Assembly: GCA_041690595.1 (NCBI GenBank)
Contig: JAWLHB010000017.1
Span: 124,001-151,471 of the forward strand
Length of the DNA: 27,471 nucleotides
Source: Lentisphaeria bacterium
Lineage (GTDB): Bacteria > Verrucomicrobiota > Lentisphaeria > JABSQK01 > JAWLHB01
Direction of reading: 5' to 3'
The notes beneath the pieces were generated by a model. It had not been told where the DNA came from. It ran no database searches and saw only the letters and a list, made by a program, of their open reading frames with translations. The translations under genes and the position numbers were made by a program. Of this stretch, positions 23,282 to 27,471 are shown one piece after another (position 1 is the stretch's first letter; each line of letters opens with the position of its first letter).

Positions 23282-26200
23282 TCAGTCGTCGTCTGCTTCC
23301 AACTCGACCGGATGCTTCTGCTTCAAGTCGAGCAGCCAGGGAAAGGCGTATGCCGTCTGCCCAAGCCAAGAGATGAGGTGGTGTTCTTTGCAGTTTCCAG
23401 CCTCGATGATCTTCTTCAGGATCGGCTCCACGCGGTCCGCGGGAAGCCCCTCCATCGCCAATAGCGGGGGATCCTCTGCCCCCGACAACGCATCCTGCAT
23501 TTCAATCACAAGGTCCATCCTTACGCCTGTCGGCAAGTCCGCCAGTGTTCCGAACATCCTGCCTTGATCATCGATCTGGGCGCGAAAGCGAGCAAGGCGT
23601 GCCTCTGTCACACGTTGTCTCAAGGCGGATGCTTCTGGCGATTCACTCTCTGTATCCGGATCCCAAGCTTCAGCCTTGCCCGCCAGACGCAAGGCTATTT
23701 CCCATTCTGCATCGTCCCGCAGCAGGCCAAGCAGGATAGCTGTCTGATTGGGATAGTAGTGGCGGTTGCGGGTCAACGCAATCAGGTAATACAGCTGACT
23801 GTAGGCATCAATCTCAGGTAATCTTGCATCCAGGAGCTGGGCGAGGTTATCGTCGATCGTCCATGCGAAGGCGATCCCGGCAACAACACTATGGGGAAGG
23901 GGCTCTCTTTCGAGATGTGCGAGGACATACGGCTTCAGCTCTTCCTGCGAAGGTTGCTTCTCGCCGTAGAGCCCAAAAGCGTTTATTGCGATGGGGGCTG
24001 TTTCCGGCGTCACTTTGCCGATGAAAGACCAGAAATACCCTTGCTGATATGGCTTCAGGCGCTTGATGACAGTCAGAGCGGCCGCCCGTGTCTCCTCCGT
24101 CAGTTCCAGGAATGGCAGACGCCGTGCGATCAACCCGGCACTGCCACATTCGGCAAACATCTCGATGAAGGCGGCCACGGCGTCAACATCAGCCTGCTGA
24201 AGCGCTTCCACCAGGAGCGTCAACCAGTTCTCATCGAAATCAAACCCATCAACTTGCTGAAGTGCGAGAAGCTCGACGGGGCTCAAATCCTTATCCAGGA
24301 GCGGAAAGAGATGACGGCGCAGGTGTGGATGGCGAACATCCGGCAGCAAGTCGCGGACTCGGGCGTACAGACGCTCGAGCTGCTCCGCGGCCTCATCGCC
24401 TTCCACCTCCAGTTTCATGGGGACAAGCAGGAGCGCCGGCATGCGAATGCGGGGCATGTCGAGGAGCGCGAGATGCAGATTCACCAGCCATTCGAGTGGC
24501 CCCAGGTTTTCGTACAGGAGTGGTATCAGGGCAAGCTGATCCGCACGTGCGGCCTGCTCCACACGTTCGCGAATCAGTCCATGCAATTCCTCGCCTGGAG
24601 GTTGTGGCAGGGGCAGGCGCCGCAAGGGCCACAGATCACCACCGCCGTGCAGGTACTCCAGCCATGCCCGGCGCGTGGCGTCGGGATGCTGCTCCGCCAG
24701 GTGGGGTGCGGAAAGATCAGACTGCAGCACCGGCCGGATGTCCTTCTCGCCAAGATGTCTGTAGAGGAGGGACAGCGCCACATTGAGCTGTGCCTTGTCC
24801 ATCGTTGTCATGCGCTCGCGGAGCATGGATACGGCCTCTGCGCTCGGTCCTTTGTCCAGTTCCTTCAGCCTCCTGCTGTCCAGAATCGGCACGTACTGGC
24901 GGCTCTCTCCCCCAGCAGGGGGCAGCAGCAGTTCGACGGCCGCTGGCCCCAACTCCTCTTTCAACAACTGCGGAACGGTGTTCGCGAACTCCCAATAGGA
25001 CTTGGGGAAGCTCTGTGCCAGGCTGAGAAAGGTCGTGGCGTCGAGCATATCGAAAGTCAGGTTCAAGGCACTGAATATAAGACCGCGATCGCGGTCATCC
25101 CCCAACATGTCCAGCATTTTCTGGCGTAGCCGTTGTCGGCTGAGCTCCACCGGCGGCGCAACGACTTTCGCGGAAGCCTGGCGCTGGCCAAAGCTGTAGT
25201 CATCCCAGCTGTCAGCGCCAACACAGAGAGTCGGGCGGCGCCATTCCGCTTTGTCCAGCAATGTTGAATATGCTTCAAGGCATGCGACGGAGTGTGGAAG
25301 CCGATCGCTGAGTATTTCAAGAATCGCCACCTGCGTTTTGGGTGGAAGCTCGGGCAGAAGGAGAGTCTCAAGCATGGCGGATTCGCTCTCGGTCCATTTG
25401 TGGCTGATGGCGCCCAATCCAAGGATCAGAGTGTTCAGTTGCTCAGGATCACCTGCCGTTTGCCGCAGCCAGGGGCTGACATCGGCTCGATGCTTCCCCA
25501 GAACGTCTCGGTCACGTGCATGACGACGAATCCTGCCTTGCGCATCGCCACTCATCCGGCCAATGACGAGCGTGAGTTCGAGTGCCTGATCCGCGGGCCA
25601 TTCCTGCACCATGGGCAGCAGGGCGACCGCGGCCATGTTTTTCTCAGCGTCGCTGAGCGCGGCCCAGTCGTTCCACAACTGCTTCACGACATCAGCATCA
25701 AGAGAATCCGAAAGATCAAGCGTCACTTCCCGCAGTGCGGCAGCAGAGATCAGGCTGCGAAGCTCCGCATAGGAACAAAACGGCACTACCTCTTGTGCAC
25801 CTCTTTGCCAGTTATGCTTTGACTTGGGAAAATGTTTGTCCAGTTCGATTGTGGCCACATTGACGGGCAGAATGGAAGGTGCATTCAAGATCCACTGCTT
25901 CTGCTGCTGAGCGTCCAGCCTTTGGTAGAAGGCATACCCCCTCTCTCTGTCGCCATTCAGCCAGCCACTCACTTCTCTAAAACTCATGGTTTGACTTGGT
26001 TCCAATCCCAATGCGGCAAGGAAGTCGAGAAGCTGCTCCTGGACCGCGATAGGCGGCGTGGCTTCCAGACTGGGGATCAGGTGCCTGAGTGCGAGGACGT
26101 CAACCGGCAGATTCTCCTGATCGCGGTTCTCTCCGGCGATCGCAAACAACTCCGCATACTGCTGAAGCACCCCTTCCACGTCTAATACCTCATACAACCG

Positions 26201-27471
26201 TTCGGCAGGAATGACCTCTTGGGGATTCGCCAGCAGGAAGACTGCCGCCAGGCGAGCATGGGTCGGCGACTCCCCGTCAAGAAGCTGCAGAAAAAACTCA
26301 TGCAACGCTTCTTTGTCGCAACTATAGCATCTGTTTATAGAGAAGATGAACTTCAGCAGTTCAGCGGCCTCCATGCCCGACACCCGCTCCACGACCTGGC
26401 GCCGAAGCTCCGAGTTCATGGAGCGACTGAGAGCTTGCTCAAGCAGACGAAGAAGTACCTTCCCGGTATTCGCGGCAATCAAATCCGACAAATGATCACC
26501 ATAATCGAACGGCCTGTTCTCCATCCATTCCATGATCTCAAGTTTGAGTTGCTCATTGCTGCCCGCGAGAACGCTCAACACCTCCTGGCTGATGGCGATC
26601 TCGCCATGCCCACGCTGTATCCACTGGATGCGGAAGTCATCGTCGGGATGCAAGGCGAAATAGGGGCGTAGTATTTCCAAGCTGTTCAGGTTGCCTGGAT
26701 CTTGGTAGCCTGCATCGTCTTCCTCATACATGAAGCCGTGGCCGCCCAAACGGAGCAGGTGGCTTGCCAGCGCATACTGTTCCTCGACGTCGGCCTCCAG
26801 CAATTCCCGCCAATTCGCCCTTGTTGTCTCAATATCTTGATGGATGACCTCTGGTGGCAGCAGCTGGTCCAGTTCCGCGATCACATACGGATCCTTTTCC
26901 CGCGAAAGGGCCGTCGTCACCAGCTCGCGTTCGGCATCCGATTCGATGTCCATCTCGTAAAAGACCCGCGCGGCACGCGCGCGCAGTCGCCAATCCGCAT
27001 CCTCGAGAAGATGGCCGAGCACGGGCAGGGCCTCGCGGATCTCTCGCTGCGCAATGACATCCAGCGCTGCCATCTGCACCGGCAAATGCGGCGTCTGCGC
27101 CAACTGCACGATCTTTGGGTAGGAATTCGCGTCCTGCAGCGCCGAGAGCGTTTGAATGGCAGCAATCCTGACACCCGCATAGGTATCATCGAGCAGTGGC
27201 CTGAGTTTGTCAAGAAAGACTTCCGGTACGAGCGGCAAGGGCTGGATCTCTCTATCGTCATCACCTTGGTCACGGAACCGCGGTTTCTGTCCAAACCTTT
27301 CCACCACCTGCTCGCTGATCGCCTCCCGCGGTTTCACCACATGCTCGTTCCAGGACGCAGCAAGCTGCCTGTTCTCCTCGAAGAGCAGGTAGATGCTGTC
27401 AACCGCATTCTCGCGTACCTGGGCCACGGGGTCGCGCAGCATCTGCAGGAAGACCGGGAGCAAGGACGCAT
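23282..27471 (-). CDS. Large HEAT-repeat / alpha-solenoid protein (more than 1390 aa, 5'-truncated by the window)
   Basis: The frame is open to the window edge. HEAT-like units include LRDPVAQVRENAV, LLDDTYAGVRIAAIQTL and LLEDADWRLRARAARVF. The rest is Leu/Glu/Ala-rich with no catalytic motif I recognise. Confidence 0.85.
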   Translation of the reverse strand, partial: ASLLPVFLQMLRDPVAQVRENAVDSIYLLFEENRQLAASWNEHVVKPREAISEQVVERFGQKPRFRDQGDDDREIQPLPLVPEVFLDKLRPLLDDTYAGVRIAAIQTLSALQDANSYPKIVQLAQTPHLPVQMAALDVIAQREIREALPVLGHLLEDADWRLRARAARVFYEMDIESDAERELVTTALSREKDPYVIAELDQLLPPEVIHQDIETTRANWRELLEADVEEQYALASHLLRLGGHGFMYEEDDAGYQDPGNLNSLEILRPYFALHPDDDFRIQWIQRGHGEIAISQEVLSVLAGSNEQLKLEIMEWMENRPFDYGDHLSDLIAANTGKVLLRLLEQALSRSMNSELRRQVVERVSGMEAAELLKFIFSINRCYSCDKEALHEFFLQLLDGESPTHARLAAVFLLANPQEVIPAERLYEVLDVEGVLQQYAELFAIAGENRDQENLPVDVLALRHLIPSLEATPPIAVQEQLLDFLAALGLEPSQTMSFREVSGWLNGDRERGYAFYQRLDAQQQKQWILNAPSILPVNVATIELDKHFPKSKHNWQRGAQEVVPFCSYAELRSLISAAALREVTLDLSDSLDADVVKQLWNDWAALSDAEKNMAAVALLPMVQEWPADQALELTLVIGRMSGDAQGRIRRHARDRDVLGKHRADVSPWLRQTAGDPEQLNTLILGLGAISHKWTESESAMLETLLLPELPPKTQVAILEILSDRLPHSVACLEAYSTLLDKAEWRRPTLCVGADSWDDYSFGQRQASAKVVAPPVELSRQRLRQKMLDMLGDDRDRGLIFSALNLTFDMLDATTFLSLAQSFPKSYWEFANTVPQLLKEELGPAAVELLLPPAGGESRQYVPILDSRRLKELDKGPSAEAVSMLRERMTTMDKAQLNVALSLLYRHLGEKDIRPVLQSDLSAPHLAEQHPDATRRAWLEYLHGGGDLWPLRRLPLPQPPGEELHGLIRERVEQAARADQLALIPLLYENLGPLEWLVNLHLALLDMPRIRMPALLLVPMKLEVEGDEAAEQLERLYARVRDLLPDVRHPHLRRHLFPLLDKDLSPVELLALQQVDGFDFDENWLTLLVEALQQADVDAVAAFIEMFAECGSAGLIARRLPFLELTEETRAAALTVIKRLKPYQQGYFWSFIGKVTPETAPIAINAFGLYGEKQPSQEELKPYVLAHLEREPLPHSVVAGIAFAWTIDDNLAQLLDARLPEIDAYSQLYYLIALTRNRHYYPNQTAILLGLLRDDAEWEIALRLAGKAEAWDPDTESESPEASALRQRVTEARLARFRAQIDDQGRMFGTLADLPTGVRMDLVIEMQDALSGAEDPPLLAMEGLPADRVEPILKKIIEAGNCKEHHLISWLGQTAYAFPWLLDLKQKHPVELEADDD

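Overview
A GC-rich bacterial chromosomal segment, probably from an anaerobic PVC-superphylum organism such as a Lentisphaerae/Kiritimatiellota-like lineage. That placement is inferred from a prepilin-type H-X-DG protein, a DUF4838-like protein, a HEAT protein and a hydF fragment. From left to right the window holds: the 3' end of hydF (missed by the ORF track); a TonB-dependent receptor whose promoter is overlapped by a perfect 11-1-11 palindrome; two large uncharacterised proteins; a Gfo/Idh/MocA oxidoreductase with a TIM-barrel isomerase; an M16C peptidase; a DoxX-like membrane protein; an MBOAT-SGNH acylation pair; an OrpR-like PAS/sigma-54 activator with twin enhancer palindromes and a -24/-12 promoter upstream of three NifB/NifX (orange-protein-like) genes and an MBL hydrolase; an isochorismatase-family protein; a degenerate GIY-YIG gene among REP-like palindromes beside tRNA-His(GUG); a prepilin-type protein; a DUF4838-like protein; and a large, 5'-truncated HEAT-repeat protein. 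I saw no CRISPR array, rRNA, integrase or transposase. The best leads are the ATPase-less orp-like sigma-54 circuit, the TonB receptor operator, the tailspike-like/lyase-like gene pair, and the tRNA-palindrome-GIY-YIG module. All family calls come from motif recognition by eye, not from database searches.
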